A stretch of 64,000 nucleotides of DNA from Candidatus Saelkia tenebricola (GTDB taxonomy: Bacteria > Omnitrophota > Gorgyraeia > Kaelpiales > Kaelpiaceae), in the NCBI GenBank assembly GCA_030765145.1, contig JAVCDA010000082.1, forward strand, positions 27,152 to 91,151. The letters are read 5' to 3'. The translations under genes were made by a program, and so were the position numbers. Positions 20,205 to 30,219 of this stretch are shown here, piece after piece (within the stretch, counting starts at the first letter, position 1; every line of letters starts with the position of its first letter). A model generated the notes under the pieces. The model was not told the origin of the DNA. It did not search any database and worked only from the letters and a program-made list of their open reading frames with translations.

Positions 20205-22109
20205 TTATTTTAAATATTGTTTAAAATCTTTATTTACGATATACATATCGTGCCAGATTAAAAACATCAATAATGCCCAGAGAAAACGCCCGTTATCCTG
20301 TTTTTTATTCAAGTGCTGCTTCCATTTAAACGCTATAAATTCAAAGTTAAAAAGACCTGTTTTTTCAATATTCTTTTTGGAAAAATATTTTTCCCCCAAA
20401 GTTTTAAACTCTTTTAAAAACCAAATTGAATAAGGCAATTCAATACCGAAATTCTTACGTCGGATAATCTCTTTTGGCAGGTAAGATTTCATTGCCTGCT
20501 TTTGAAAATATCGACGGCGGAAATAATAAATCTTATATTTTGTCGGAATTTTACTTGTAAAATCCACCACATTTCTATCCAGATACGGGAACCTTGCCTC
20601 AACAGAATGCGCCATTAACATACGGTCATTCTTCAGCATTAAATTTCCAATAAGAAAATATTTGAAATCAATCAACCCGATTTTATTAAGCTCATCAGCA
20701 AAATTGTTATTTTCAAATAACTCTCTAAATAGCTCTTCGCTTTCTTTAAACCGATGATGAAGTAAAAAAGATGCTTTCTCCTTTGTATTTAAAACATGGC
20801 GCCAAAAATAATGAGCAGCAGGCACATCTTTTTCACATCCTTCAGTAAAACGTTTGGCCAAAAAATCAAAACTCAACTTACTATATGAAACAGGCAAAAG
20901 GGAACAGCATTCTTGAACAAGTCGTCTTAAAAACACGGGAGTAAAATGACGATATGATTTGGCAATCTTATAGGCAAGATGCGTTTCATATGCATTAGAC
21001 ACTTCATCCCCGCCTTCTCCTGATAAAATCACTTTTACGTATTTTTTAGCTTCTTTGCTTAATAAGAAATTAGGAATTGTTGAACCATCATTAATTGGCT
21101 CATCCAAATAAGCCATATGTTTAAAAATGTTTTCTAAAATATCATTTGGATTGACAATAATTTCATGGTGAATTGAACCGGCGTAGGATGCCATTATTTT
21201 TTGGTATTTAGATTCATCGAAACTGGGATTGTTTATTCTTAAAGAAAACGTATGCAGCTTACTACTGTGCCCTAACATTTTAGCTAAACCTAAGATCGTA
21301 CTGCTATCCATCCCCCCGGAAAGAGTTACTCCTACCGGACAATCAGCAATGAGATTATTCTCTACAGACTGTACCATAACATTAAAAAAACCATCAATCG
21401 CTTCTTTCTTACTCATTGTATAATCAGACTGAAAATTAATTTTAAAATATTCACGCAAAATAACCGTCTGTTCTTTAAAATCAACCTCGAGTAAATGGCC
21501 GCCATCAATTTCCTTAATTCCAGAAAATGCAGTCATAGTCCCAGGAATATAACCTAAAGAAAAATAATGATATATTGCTTCATGGTTTACGCGAGGCGTA
21601 AACCAATCCAGCGCAAAAAAAGATTTTATTTCTGAAGAAAAGTATACACATTCGCCTTTTTGCATAAAAAATAAGGGCCTCGTGCCATAATGATCCCGTA
21701 CAATGTATGCTTTCCCTTCTTTTTTATCATAAAGGCAAAACGCAAACATCCCTGATAATTTGTGAATAAAATCAATACCTATTTGATCATAGAGATAAAG
21801 AAGAACCTCTGTATCTGAGCAGGTAATAAGTTCTTCTTTAAACTGCTTCCTGAGTTCCTGAAAATTAGTCACTTCTCCGTTATAGGTTAACCAAACATTC
21901 CCCTTTGCATTACTCATCGGCATATTGGACCTATCATCAGGATCAATCACCTTAAGCCTGGAATTTCCTAAAAAACATCTTCCATCATGAAAGCTTCCCT
22001 GATAATCCGGACCTCGATGATTTAAAAGCAAACTCATTTCATTGCCTTCTTTGTAATCATGCTCATTTAAGTTATTCTTTAAACTTAAAATCCCGCTAAT
22101 GCCACACAT
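20205..22109 (-). CDS. asnB: asparagine synthase (glutamine-hydrolysing)-like amidotransferase
   Basis: MCGI N-terminus, HRGPD, LSGGMDSS, SGEGGDE, EARFPYLD. Confidence 0.92.
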   Translation of the reverse strand: MCGISGILSLKNNLNEHDYKEGNEMSLLLNHRGPDYQGSFHDGRCFLGNSRLKVIDPDDRSNMPMSNAKGNVWLTYNGEVTNFQELRKQFKEELITCSDTEVLLYLYDQIGIDFIHKLSGMFAFCLYDKKEGKAYIVRDHYGTRPLFFMQKGECVYFSSEIKSFFALDWFTPRVNHEAIYHYFSLGYIPGTMTAFSGIKEIDGGHLLEVDFKEQTVILREYFKINFQSDYTMSKKEAIDGFFNVMVQSVENNLIADCPVGVTLSGGMDSSTILGLAKMLGHSSKLHTFSLRINNPSFDESKYQKIMASYAGSIHHEIIVNPNDILENIFKHMAYLDEPINDGSTIPNFLLSKEAKKYVKVILSGEGGDEVSNAYETHLAYKIAKSYRHFTPVFLRRLVQECCSLLPVSYSKLSFDFLAKRFTEGCEKDVPAAHYFWRHVLNTKEKASFLLHHRFKESEELFRELFENNNFADELNKIGLIDFKYFLIGNLMLKNDRMLMAHSVEARFPYLDRNVVDFTSKIPTKYKIYYFRRRYFQKQAMKSYLPKEIIRRKNFGIELPYSIWFLKEFKTLGEKYFSKKNIEKTGLFNFEFIAFKWKQHLNKKQDNGRFLWALLMFLIWHDMYIVNKDFKQYLK

Positions 22110-22196
22110 TTATTATCGCCTCTTTTTTGAAATCATTTCTATACACATAATTATTTTATCACCATCTTCTTTTTCTTTTAAGAGATAGATTTCTTA

Positions 22197-22225
22197 TTGA
22201 CAAAATCAAATGTTTTCGCTTCAAT
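22197..22225 (+). promoter_or_regulatory. putative sigma70 promoter for the + strand GT-C pair
   Basis: TTGACA-17 bp-TTCAAT in the divergent intergenic gap. Confidence 0.4.
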
Positions 22226-22249
22226 AAATATACTCATTTTAAAACATTT

Positions 22250-24076
22250 ATGCAAACCACGAAATCTATTTATCAATGTATACTTATTGCAACCTTGTAC
22301 ATATTATTAATTATTTCGTTCTGTCTGCCTTTTAGATTATTGTTTCCACCCAATATTTTAGGAACCCATATTGATTTAGATGCGTTATGCTGGGATCAAT
22401 GGTTTACCAAAAAATGTATCACCGAATTGAATTTTTCCCAACTTTGGCATACCGACTTTATCGCTTATCCTCATGGTACAAATTTATTTCTTGATCACGG
22501 ACCTCCGTTTTGGGAATGCATATCAATCCCCTTCCAGCTCATCTTACCTTTTCCTAGTAGCCATACGTTTTTAGTCATTTTTATCTTGCTTCTTAACGCC
22601 TTTTCATTCTTCATTCTTGCCAAATATCTCTATAAACATATTCCGCTTGCCTTTCTTGCTGGAATACTGGGAAGCATTAATCCTTATACCATATATCACA
22701 TAAACGCCGGCCGCCCACAACAAATAGCTATATTCTGGGCCCCTTTATTTATGTTGTATCTCCTTAAAACTAAACAACAACCAAACATAAAAAACACTAT
22801 TATTACATCTGTCATATTAATTCTAACAGCTCTTTCTTACTGGTATTATAGCATGTTTCTGATTATATTTATGATCCTTTTCCTCTTCTATTCTTACTTT
22901 CTGCATGCTACTAAAAGAGAGAAATTAATTCTTACTAAAAACATTTGTTTAGTACTGTTCTTTTTTGGTCTTAGCATACTGCTTTTATTTGGTTATCCTG
23001 TTATCGTAAAAGGCCTTTATCCTCAAGGCTATAGCGCTATTAGACCTTTCCCATCTTTTCAAGAAATCGTCTCTAAAAATACTTCTGTCTGTTTTTCGCA
23101 TATGCTCTTATGCACATCATTCGGTGCTTATTATCCTTTGCTATTAATATTAATTATCAACATTATCTCCTTCCTAAATTTAAAATTTTTCAAAAAAAAT
23201 ATACTCTGGATTACTGCTGCTGACCTTTTTTACATCCTATCTCTTGGCCCTTATGTAGGCATTTTTAATAAAATCATCCCTTCCCCACTCTTTATGGCAT
23301 GCTATTATCTGCCTACTTTCTCTCGTTTCTGGTGGCCAATCAATTACTTTATCCTCAGTACAACCTGTTCTATTGTTATTATTATATCTTTTATTTATGA
23401 CTTGTCTCATTACAAAAGATTGAGAACAATAGTATCTATCTTTCTCTCATTTAGCTACCTTGTATTATTTTATAACATCCAATACAACTCGCCCCCCTCT
23501 TTGCAACCTCTCCCTCCAAGCAAACATCCAAAATTCAATTTTTCAAGCTTAAAAATACCGCAACTAAGAATTGGATTTCGCTTCTCACGATTAAGAGTAC
23601 CGCATCCGGTATATATTTATCTTAAAGACCAAGAAAACGGTGCAGTTATTGAACTACCGTTTGAATTGGAAAAAGTTCTCTTTCTTAATAACCAAAGAAC
23701 TCACAAAAAAAATACTTTTAACCACCCTGGATATGGACATGATGAAGAAAGTCTTCTCTGGCCAGAAGAACAGATACAACTACTTAAAAATAACCTCTTC
23801 TTACGTTATGTTGATGAAGTATGCAAACATTATTCCCGCACAACAGCCAAAAAAATAACCCCGAGACAATACACTCCTCAAGGGATAAAAAAAGCACTTG
23901 AGGAATTACATAACCTGGGATTTAATTATATTGTCGTCAATCCCGCATATACCTCCCGTTATTTTGAAGAAAATAGCCTACTTGAAAATTTAGTTAAATT
24001 TCTTCCCGCTCCCTTTAAAGAGTATCCTGATAACCTGAAGTTATACCGTATTGATAATCTAATTGAAGTTAATTAA
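22250..24076 (+). CDS. GT-C-like (YfhO/PMT-like) polytopic membrane protein, paralog A
   Basis: D..xWxxWF, TDFIAYPHG, LSLGPY, RFWWP, AVIELP; ~11 TM. Confidence 0.72.
   Translation: MQTTKSIYQCILIATLYILLIISFCLPFRLLFPPNILGTHIDLDALCWDQWFTKKCITELNFSQLWHTDFIAYPHGTNLFLDHGPPFWECISIPFQLILPFPSSHTFLVIFILLLNAFSFFILAKYLYKHIPLAFLAGILGSINPYTIYHINAGRPQQIAIFWAPLFMLYLLKTKQQPNIKNTIITSVILILTALSYWYYSMFLIIFMILFLFYSYFLHATKREKLILTKNICLVLFFFGLSILLLFGYPVIVKGLYPQGYSAIRPFPSFQEIVSKNTSVCFSHMLLCTSFGAYYPLLLILIINIISFLNLKFFKKNILWITAADLFYILSLGPYVGIFNKIIPSPLFMACYYLPTFSRFWWPINYFILSTTCSIVIIISFIYDLSHYKRLRTIVSIFLSFSYLVLFYNIQYNSPPSLQPLPPSKHPKFNFSSLKIPQLRIGFRFSRLRVPHPVYIYLKDQENGAVIELPFELEKVLFLNNQRTHKKNTFNHPGYGHDEESLLWPEEQIQLLKNNLFLRYVDEVCKHYSRTTAKKITPRQYTPQGIKKALEELHNLGFNYIVVNPAYTSRYFEENSLLENLVKFLPAPFKEYPDNLKLYRIDNLIEVN
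22741..23083 (+). repeat. ~340 bp near-identical direct repeat, copy 1 (copy 2 at 24575-24917)
   Basis: sequence from CCCTTTATTTATGTTGTATCTCC to CTAAAAATACT recurs at offset 1834 with scattered substitutions. Confidence 0.9.
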
Positions 24077-25865
24077 AACTAATGTACAAAAAATTGCTCG
24101 ATATATCCTTATCATTGTTTTATACTTAGCATTTATTACTTCGTTCTGCCTACCATTTAAATTATTATCCTATCCCCATATTCTAGGGATAGGGATGGAA
24201 AATCCTGATTTAAGCGGGTCGTATTGGATTCAATGGTTTATCAAAAAATGTATTACTGAATTAAATTTTTCCCAACTTTGGCATACCGACTTTGTTGCTT
24301 ATCCTCATGGCATGGATCTGCTCTCTGATTTCGGACCTCCGTTTTGGGAATGCATATCAATCCCCTTCCAGCTCATCTTACCTTTTCCAACCAGCTATAC
24401 AGTTTTAGTTTTGTTTATCTTGTTTCTTAATGCCTTCTTATTTTTCCTTTTTGCTAAGTTTCTTTATAAAAACACTTCACTTGCCTTCCTTGCTGGAATA
24501 TTGGGAAGCATCAATCCTTATACAATACACCACGTAAATGCTGGTCGCCTACAGCAAATGGCTATATTCTGGATCCCTTTATTTATGTTGTATCTCCTTA
24601 AAACTAAACAACAACCAAACATAAAAAACACTATTATTACATCTATACTATTAATTCTAACAACTCTTTCTTACTGGTATTATGGCATGTTTCTAATTAT
24701 ATTTATGTTCCTTTTCCTCTTCTATTCTTACTTTCTGCATGCTACTAAAAGAGAAAAACTGATTCTTACTAAAAACATTTGTTTAGTACTTTTCTTTTTT
24801 GGTCTTAGCATACTGCTTTTATTTGGTTATCCTGTTATCGTAAAAGGCCTTTATCCTCGAGGCTATAGCGCTATTAGACCTTTCCCATCTTTTCAAGAGA
24901 TCGTTTCTAAAAATACTCCTAACTATTTTTCTTTTATGATTAGTGGAACATCCTTGAAAAGACTTGTCAATTCTTCATTAATAATAGCAATAACTAATCT
25001 CCTTTTTCTGTTTAACATAAAATCTCTTAAAAAAAATCTTCTCTGGATTATCAGTGCAAATATTTTCTATCTCCTGTCCCTTGGTCCCTATTTAAATATT
25101 TTTGGTACAATTGTTCCTTCTTTTACTTTCATCTTTTTTTATTATCTTCCCACATTTTTACGTTTATGGTGGCCTATTAATTACTTCTCCATGAGTATCA
25201 GCTGCTCTATTATCATTCTGATATCGTTCATCAATGGATTAACTTATCACAAACGGATAAAAACAATTCTTTCCTCTTTCATATCGCTCGTATTCATTTT
25301 GTTGACTTATGGTAATCAGCATGAATTCTTACCTTCTTCAACGCTTTCTTTTGAAAATTTACGATTCCGTTTCTCGCAAATAAAAGAACCTCATTCGGCA
25401 TATTGTTATCTTAAAAACCAAGAAGCTACTGCAATAATTGAATTGCCGCTTAATTGGGGCTCCACATTATTCCTTGATAATCAGATGGTCCATCAGAAAA
25501 GAACTTTTAATTTCCCTGGATATGGATTCGGCGAAGAGATATTTATTTGGCCAGAAAAACAAGTGCAATTACTTAAAGAGAATCTCTTTTTGCGTTATGT
25601 TGATGAGGCATGCAAACATTATTCTCACACTCCAGTCAAAAAAGTAATCTCGCAACAATACACTCCTCAAGGGATAAAAAAAGCACTCGAGGAATTACAT
25701 AACCTGGGATTTAATTATATTGTCGTCAATCCCGAATATACCTTCCGTTATCTTGGAAAAGAAAACCTGCTTATAGATTTAATTAGATTTTTCCCTGTTC
25801 CTTTTAAAGAGTATTACGATGGTCTAAAATTATATCGTATTGACAATCTAATCGAAGACAGTTAA
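24063..25865 (+). CDS. GT-C-like (YfhO/PMT-like) polytopic membrane protein, paralog B (tandem duplicate)
   Basis: long identical peptide blocks shared with 22250-24076; TTG start uncertain. Confidence 0.72.
   Translation: MKLIKTNVQKIARYILIIVLYLAFITSFCLPFKLLSYPHILGIGMENPDLSGSYWIQWFIKKCITELNFSQLWHTDFVAYPHGMDLLSDFGPPFWECISIPFQLILPFPTSYTVLVLFILFLNAFLFFLFAKFLYKNTSLAFLAGILGSINPYTIHHVNAGRLQQMAIFWIPLFMLYLLKTKQQPNIKNTIITSILLILTTLSYWYYGMFLIIFMFLFLFYSYFLHATKREKLILTKNICLVLFFFGLSILLLFGYPVIVKGLYPRGYSAIRPFPSFQEIVSKNTPNYFSFMISGTSLKRLVNSSLIIAITNLLFLFNIKSLKKNLLWIISANIFYLLSLGPYLNIFGTIVPSFTFIFFYYLPTFLRLWWPINYFSMSISCSIIILISFINGLTYHKRIKTILSSFISLVFILLTYGNQHEFLPSSTLSFENLRFRFSQIKEPHSAYCYLKNQEATAIIELPLNWGSTLFLDNQMVHQKRTFNFPGYGFGEEIFIWPEKQVQLLKENLFLRYVDEACKHYSHTPVKKVISQQYTPQGIKKALEELHNLGFNYIVVNPEYTFRYLGKENLLIDLIRFFPVPFKEYYDGLKLYRIDNLIEDS
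24575..24917 (+). repeat. ~340 bp near-identical direct repeat, copy 2
   Basis: matches 22741-23083. Confidence 0.9.
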
Positions 25866-25898
25866 AAAATCCACTCAATTGCAAAAATATTTCTACTC

Positions 25899-26495
25899 CT
25901 AATAAATTTTACAACTATGCAAATACATGTCTTTTTTAAACAATCTGAAAAACTTTTCCTTTTTAAAACCCATTTTTCTTAACAACGAGTTAACTGCAAT
26001 ATTTTTGATAGAAGTAGAAACTTTTACTTTTTTTATTTTGTTTCTATTCATTACACTAAGTACACTGCCTATTAAATTAATAGCATTATTTTCTCCACGC
26101 GATTGGGGATTAATTGATATAAATAAAAGCTCTGCATTTACACTTCTAATGTATGACTTGAATGGATAAAAAGGTAACTCTAAAATTTGCAAAAAACAAA
26201 TTGGATTAATAAGCAATTGCTTAAAATAGATTAAAAATAATTTCCAATCACTCAGTAATTCCGAAAATAATTTTTTGCTGTTCAATGCTGCCATAATAAA
26301 ACCGGCAACGTTTTTATCTTCTACAACTAAGCTGATACAATTTTTAGATTTTATAATTAACCCTAAATATCGCCTTATGAAATTACATCCGAACTTTAGA
26401 AGATATGAATCAAACATATAATCGACATAAAGCTGAAAAATTACATCTAAATCTCCCGGGGATGCATCTCTGATTATTTTCTGTGTTTCCACCAT
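25899..26495 (-). CDS. GNAT family N-acetyltransferase
   Basis: IRDASPGDL, VAGFI, ISINPQSRGE, N..VNSLLRKMGF. Confidence 0.8.
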   Translation of the reverse strand: MVETQKIIRDASPGDLDVIFQLYVDYMFDSYLLKFGCNFIRRYLGLIIKSKNCISLVVEDKNVAGFIMAALNSKKLFSELLSDWKLFLIYFKQLLINPICFLQILELPFYPFKSYIRSVNAELLFISINPQSRGENNAINLIGSVLSVMNRNKIKKVKVSTSIKNIAVNSLLRKMGFKKEKFFRLFKKDMYLHSCKIY

Positions 26496-27904
26496 AGAAT
26501 TATAAAAAAAAGCAAAATCTTTATGCCCTTAAAATATTTTGTTACATCAGATAAAGTTTTTATCTTTACCATATGCCTATACCAAATTTTAGGCTGTAAA
26601 TAAAACTTGCAATAAAATTTTCTATAATAATACAGCAATTCATTGTGACTCAAACTTTTAGGAACAAATACAGGCTCCCACAAATTATGCTTAGACAAAT
26701 CTTTAGTGATCATCTTGCCGTATTTCTCAACTAGTGAATATTGAAAAGTATTTTTTAAAGGGGTATTAATTTGAACAGTTATATCTTCTAAAGGCAAGCT
26801 ACAGGCAAAATCTATCGTTTCTTTTATGGTCTCCTTGGTATCAACAAGATGGCCAAGCATAAAAAAAGCTTTTGGTTCTAAATCCAGTTCATATGCCCAT
26901 TGAGCAACACGCCTAACTTGATATTTTATCAAGCCTTTTTTTATAAACTTCAACACATCTTCGTTGCCGGATTCAACACCAATCCGCACTCTCCAACAAC
27001 CAGCAGATTTCATTTCACTTAACAATTCTTTATCTAATACATCAGCTCTTACAGAACAAGTCCAGGTCAAATCCATATTAGCCTTCTTTATTTCTTTCGT
27101 AATTTTATACACTCTATTTTTATTGGGCGTAAAAGTTGAATCTACAAATGCAATGTCTCGCGCCCCAAAATTATCAACCAATTGAGTCATTTCCCGAATC
27201 ATATACTCGGGACTAAAAGTGCGATACTTATTACCAAATACACTCTTGTCACAAAATATACACGAATACGGACAACCTCTACTTGTAATCATACTTAATT
27301 TAGGCAATCTCTTTTGGTCATTAGGCTGAGGTTTATATTTATAAATCGGTACTAAATCTCGAGCTGGGAATGGCAAAATATCCAGATCAGCTATGTATTC
27401 TCTTGGAGGTGAGAAAAAAAGTTCATCCTGCATCGCATAAGCAACACCTTCTACATTTTCAACGACATCTCCTCGTTCCATCACAGATATTAGCTCTTTA
27501 AATGTAACTTCTCCTTCTCCAATTACTGCCAAATCGATTTCCTTATGCCTTAACAAATCCTCGGGATTAGAATTAATGTGCGGCCCTCCGGCTATAATCT
27601 TTATTCCTGGAAGCTTACTTTTTATTTTTTTCGCTAACTCATAACAAGAATAAATCGAAACAGTAAAAGTTGTTAAACCAATTAAATCGGGTTTAAATTT
27701 AACTACTTCCCTTACCGCTTCATCCATAGACAGACCTTCTACAGGCACATCAATAATTTTTACACTTTGACCATCTTTTCTCAAAACTGCGCCAAGATAA
27801 CAAAGACCTAAAGGGGGAGAATTATAAAACAGGCTTCTAACAACAGGACCCAAATTTCTTACTGTCTTAGGAGATAAAGGAGGATTTATTAAAATTACCT
27901 TCAT
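26474..27904 (-). CDS. cobalamin-dependent radical SAM enzyme
   Basis: LINPP, PPLGLCYLGA, GGPH, GEGE, TSRGCPYSCIFC, GVESG. Confidence 0.9.
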   Translation of the reverse strand: MKVILINPPLSPKTVRNLGPVVRSLFYNSPPLGLCYLGAVLRKDGQSVKIIDVPVEGLSMDEAVREVVKFKPDLIGLTTFTVSIYSCYELAKKIKSKLPGIKIIAGGPHINSNPEDLLRHKEIDLAVIGEGEVTFKELISVMERGDVVENVEGVAYAMQDELFFSPPREYIADLDILPFPARDLVPIYKYKPQPNDQKRLPKLSMITSRGCPYSCIFCDKSVFGNKYRTFSPEYMIREMTQLVDNFGARDIAFVDSTFTPNKNRVYKITKEIKKANMDLTWTCSVRADVLDKELLSEMKSAGCWRVRIGVESGNEDVLKFIKKGLIKYQVRRVAQWAYELDLEPKAFFMLGHLVDTKETIKETIDFACSLPLEDITVQINTPLKNTFQYSLVEKYGKMITKDLSKHNLWEPVFVPKSLSHNELLYYYRKFYCKFYLQPKIWYRHMVKIKTLSDVTKYFKGIKILLFFIILWWKHRK

Positions 27905-29415
27905 TGAATTAACAACCTCTTTGGTGAACCATACTCTTTAAACTTCCAAACACTTAAAACCCCTTGCATAATCATCTTTAACCCTACATGAAAAAGCTTG
28001 ATAAAATTAGAGGCTTGCGCGATTAATTTTATCAAAAAAAGATGCTTTTTTAAAAAAACACTGCGAGCTAATAACCTTATTACATTTTTAGGAATGAATG
28101 ATTTTGATATCAGAGAAACTATAGCTACAGCAAATAACTCATCTTCACTCCTTGGATATGAAAAACCAAGTCTAAATTGATAAAAAGACTTATTTGCCCT
28201 ACCTTCTATATCATCTGGGGTAATAATTTTCTTCTCAAGAAAAATTTTACTTAATTCTGTCCCTGGAAACACCGTAAGTGAATAGAGGAACAAGCTGAAC
28301 GGCCTTGGTAAATCAAGCAATAGTGTTATTAATTCTTTTTTATTCTCAGGAGTAGATAATGGATTATCAAATATTAAATCATATACTACATCAAGATTGA
28401 TTTTTTTTGCTTCTTGAGCAAATTTTTTAATCACATCTACTTCTAGCTTTCTATTATAAACCTGCTCTGATTCCTGTACTGATCCGGTTTGAATCCCAAT
28501 TTGAATTCTCTTTAAACCTGCACATTTTAGCTTTTTTAAATTACTTTTATCCAGACATTGAGCATTAAATAGAATTTCAAACGGTAATTTAACACGTTGT
28601 CGATATTTTTTACAAAATTCATCTATCCAATACGCTGGAAAAATAAACGTATCGTCATCAAACTTTATCTTCTTAATTTTTTTAAACCGGCTTAATCCAA
28701 CTTCAATCTCAGATAAAACTTTTTCAACACTACCTATACGATAATATCGTTGATTTTGATATAGAGCCCTGTAAATGCTATTATAGCAATAACTGCAATT
28801 AAAAGGGCAACCGCGAGATGCAAAAACCCGTAACTCCTTTGCACTAACCAAGGGATCGATATTTTTTAAATCTTTGTCTATAAAGAACTTGTTTACACCC
28901 CCGTAATCTTGAGGAGGTAAAATATCTAAATCTTGGATTAAAGGTCTTAGATCCTCAAAAATTACTTTATCATCTTTTTTATAACAAAGATTTTTGATCC
29001 CTTCTAACGTCCATCTTCCAGCCAGAGCTCTAGCAAGATCAAGCATTACATGCTCCCCTTCCCCTCTGCAGATAAAATCACAATACTCTAAAGATTCTCG
29101 AGGCTCAACTGTTGCATGTATGCCTCCCCAAGCTATTTTAATATCCAATGAAGATTTCATTTGCATTGTAAGATCTTGGGCAATTTTTAAAAAAGGTGAA
29201 GTAAAGCTTATTCCTACAAGATCAATCTCTAGTTCTTTACACAATGACACTAGATGTCTTTTTTCTTTTTCACTTGGGTAATGCATATCATTATTTAACC
29301 ATCTCTTGAAAAAGATAAGATAAACATTGAATCCATTCTGTTTTAAAAACGAGGAAATCGACCTTATACCGTTATTTTCAACACCATATAATGAAATTAA
29401 GGCTATATTAAGCAT
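27901..29415 (-). CDS. cobalamin-dependent radical SAM enzyme (paralog of 47338-48873)
   Basis: WGGIHAT, GEGE, SRGCPFNCSYC, FDDDTF. Confidence 0.9.
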   Translation of the reverse strand: MLNIALISLYGVENNGIRSISSFLKQNGFNVYLIFFKRWLNNDMHYPSEKEKRHLVSLCKELEIDLVGISFTSPFLKIAQDLTMQMKSSLDIKIAWGGIHATVEPRESLEYCDFICRGEGEHVMLDLARALAGRWTLEGIKNLCYKKDDKVIFEDLRPLIQDLDILPPQDYGGVNKFFIDKDLKNIDPLVSAKELRVFASRGCPFNCSYCYNSIYRALYQNQRYYRIGSVEKVLSEIEVGLSRFKKIKKIKFDDDTFIFPAYWIDEFCKKYRQRVKLPFEILFNAQCLDKSNLKKLKCAGLKRIQIGIQTGSVQESEQVYNRKLEVDVIKKFAQEAKKINLDVVYDLIFDNPLSTPENKKELITLLLDLPRPFSLFLYSLTVFPGTELSKIFLEKKIITPDDIEGRANKSFYQFRLGFSYPRSEDELFAVAIVSLISKSFIPKNVIRLLARSVFLKKHLFLIKLIAQASNFIKLFHVGLKMIMQGVLSVWKFKEYGSPKRLLIQ

Positions 29416-30219
29416 TTAAATCGGTATTTCTGGTTGAAATACAATTCTATCAATCCCCAATTCACCTAAATTAGAGGGCAGTTTATCCCAATATAAAAAA
29501 TATGTATTGCCCTTCAAAATTAAATCTCCGGGAATAGATTTATGTCTCAGCTTAAAATTGCAAATTCTACATTCAGCTTTGCAATCTTCGATCAAACGCA
29601 ATCTAAAATTTTGCCTAAAAGCCTTATTTGTAGGACAAAGTCTTGTAGTGGAGATATAAACAAATGGATAATATATAGAAGCTTTTATTTTAGACATCGA
29701 AGGCCGACCTATCCCAAGAGGAAGATTATCAAGCTCTATTCTTTCTATTCCTAACTCCGACAATAATAAAATAACTTCTTCTCTATCTAAATATGTTGAT
29801 GAGAAATGCTCTATTAAATCAGCGGGTAATTTATTTAGTATATTAGCTAAACGCGGACCTCTTTTTTGCCGATTTAGAAGTCTGCCTAAAACTAATTTAA
29901 AATCATATTTTTTATTTCTTATTAATTCTAACACCCCAAAATCATTTACAATTACCTCTCCTTTAAATCCCAAAGAATTTAAGAATTCGAATACCACCAA
30001 TAATCGTTTAATACCAAGATCTGTAACATAAGGAGTCAGATAACTTAGTTTAATATTCCTTTCTTTACACAACTTTATCATCTGTGATGTTTCATTGATT
30101 CCAGGAATAAGATGTTCACAGAATTCATTGCCAAAATAAATTCTTGTTTCATCCAAACACCTCGGAAAATCTTTTGGAAGATTATTATAATATATAGCTT
30201 TTTCTATCTCTGATAACAT
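29416..30219 (-). CDS. U32-family Fe-S protein, UbiV-like subunit
   Basis: IYFGNEFCE, YLTPY, VIVNDFG, LGRLL, RIELDN, ISTTRLC, CKAEC; adjacent to a U32 gene. Confidence 0.65.
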   Translation of the reverse strand: MLSEIEKAIYYNNLPKDFPRCLDETRIYFGNEFCEHLIPGINETSQMIKLCKERNIKLSYLTPYVTDLGIKRLLVVFEFLNSLGFKGEVIVNDFGVLELIRNKKYDFKLVLGRLLNRQKRGPRLANILNKLPADLIEHFSSTYLDREEVILLLSELGIERIELDNLPLGIGRPSMSKIKASIYYPFVYISTTRLCPTNKAFRQNFRLRLIEDCKAECRICNFKLRHKSIPGDLILKGNTYFLYWDKLPSNLGELGIDRIVFQPEIPI

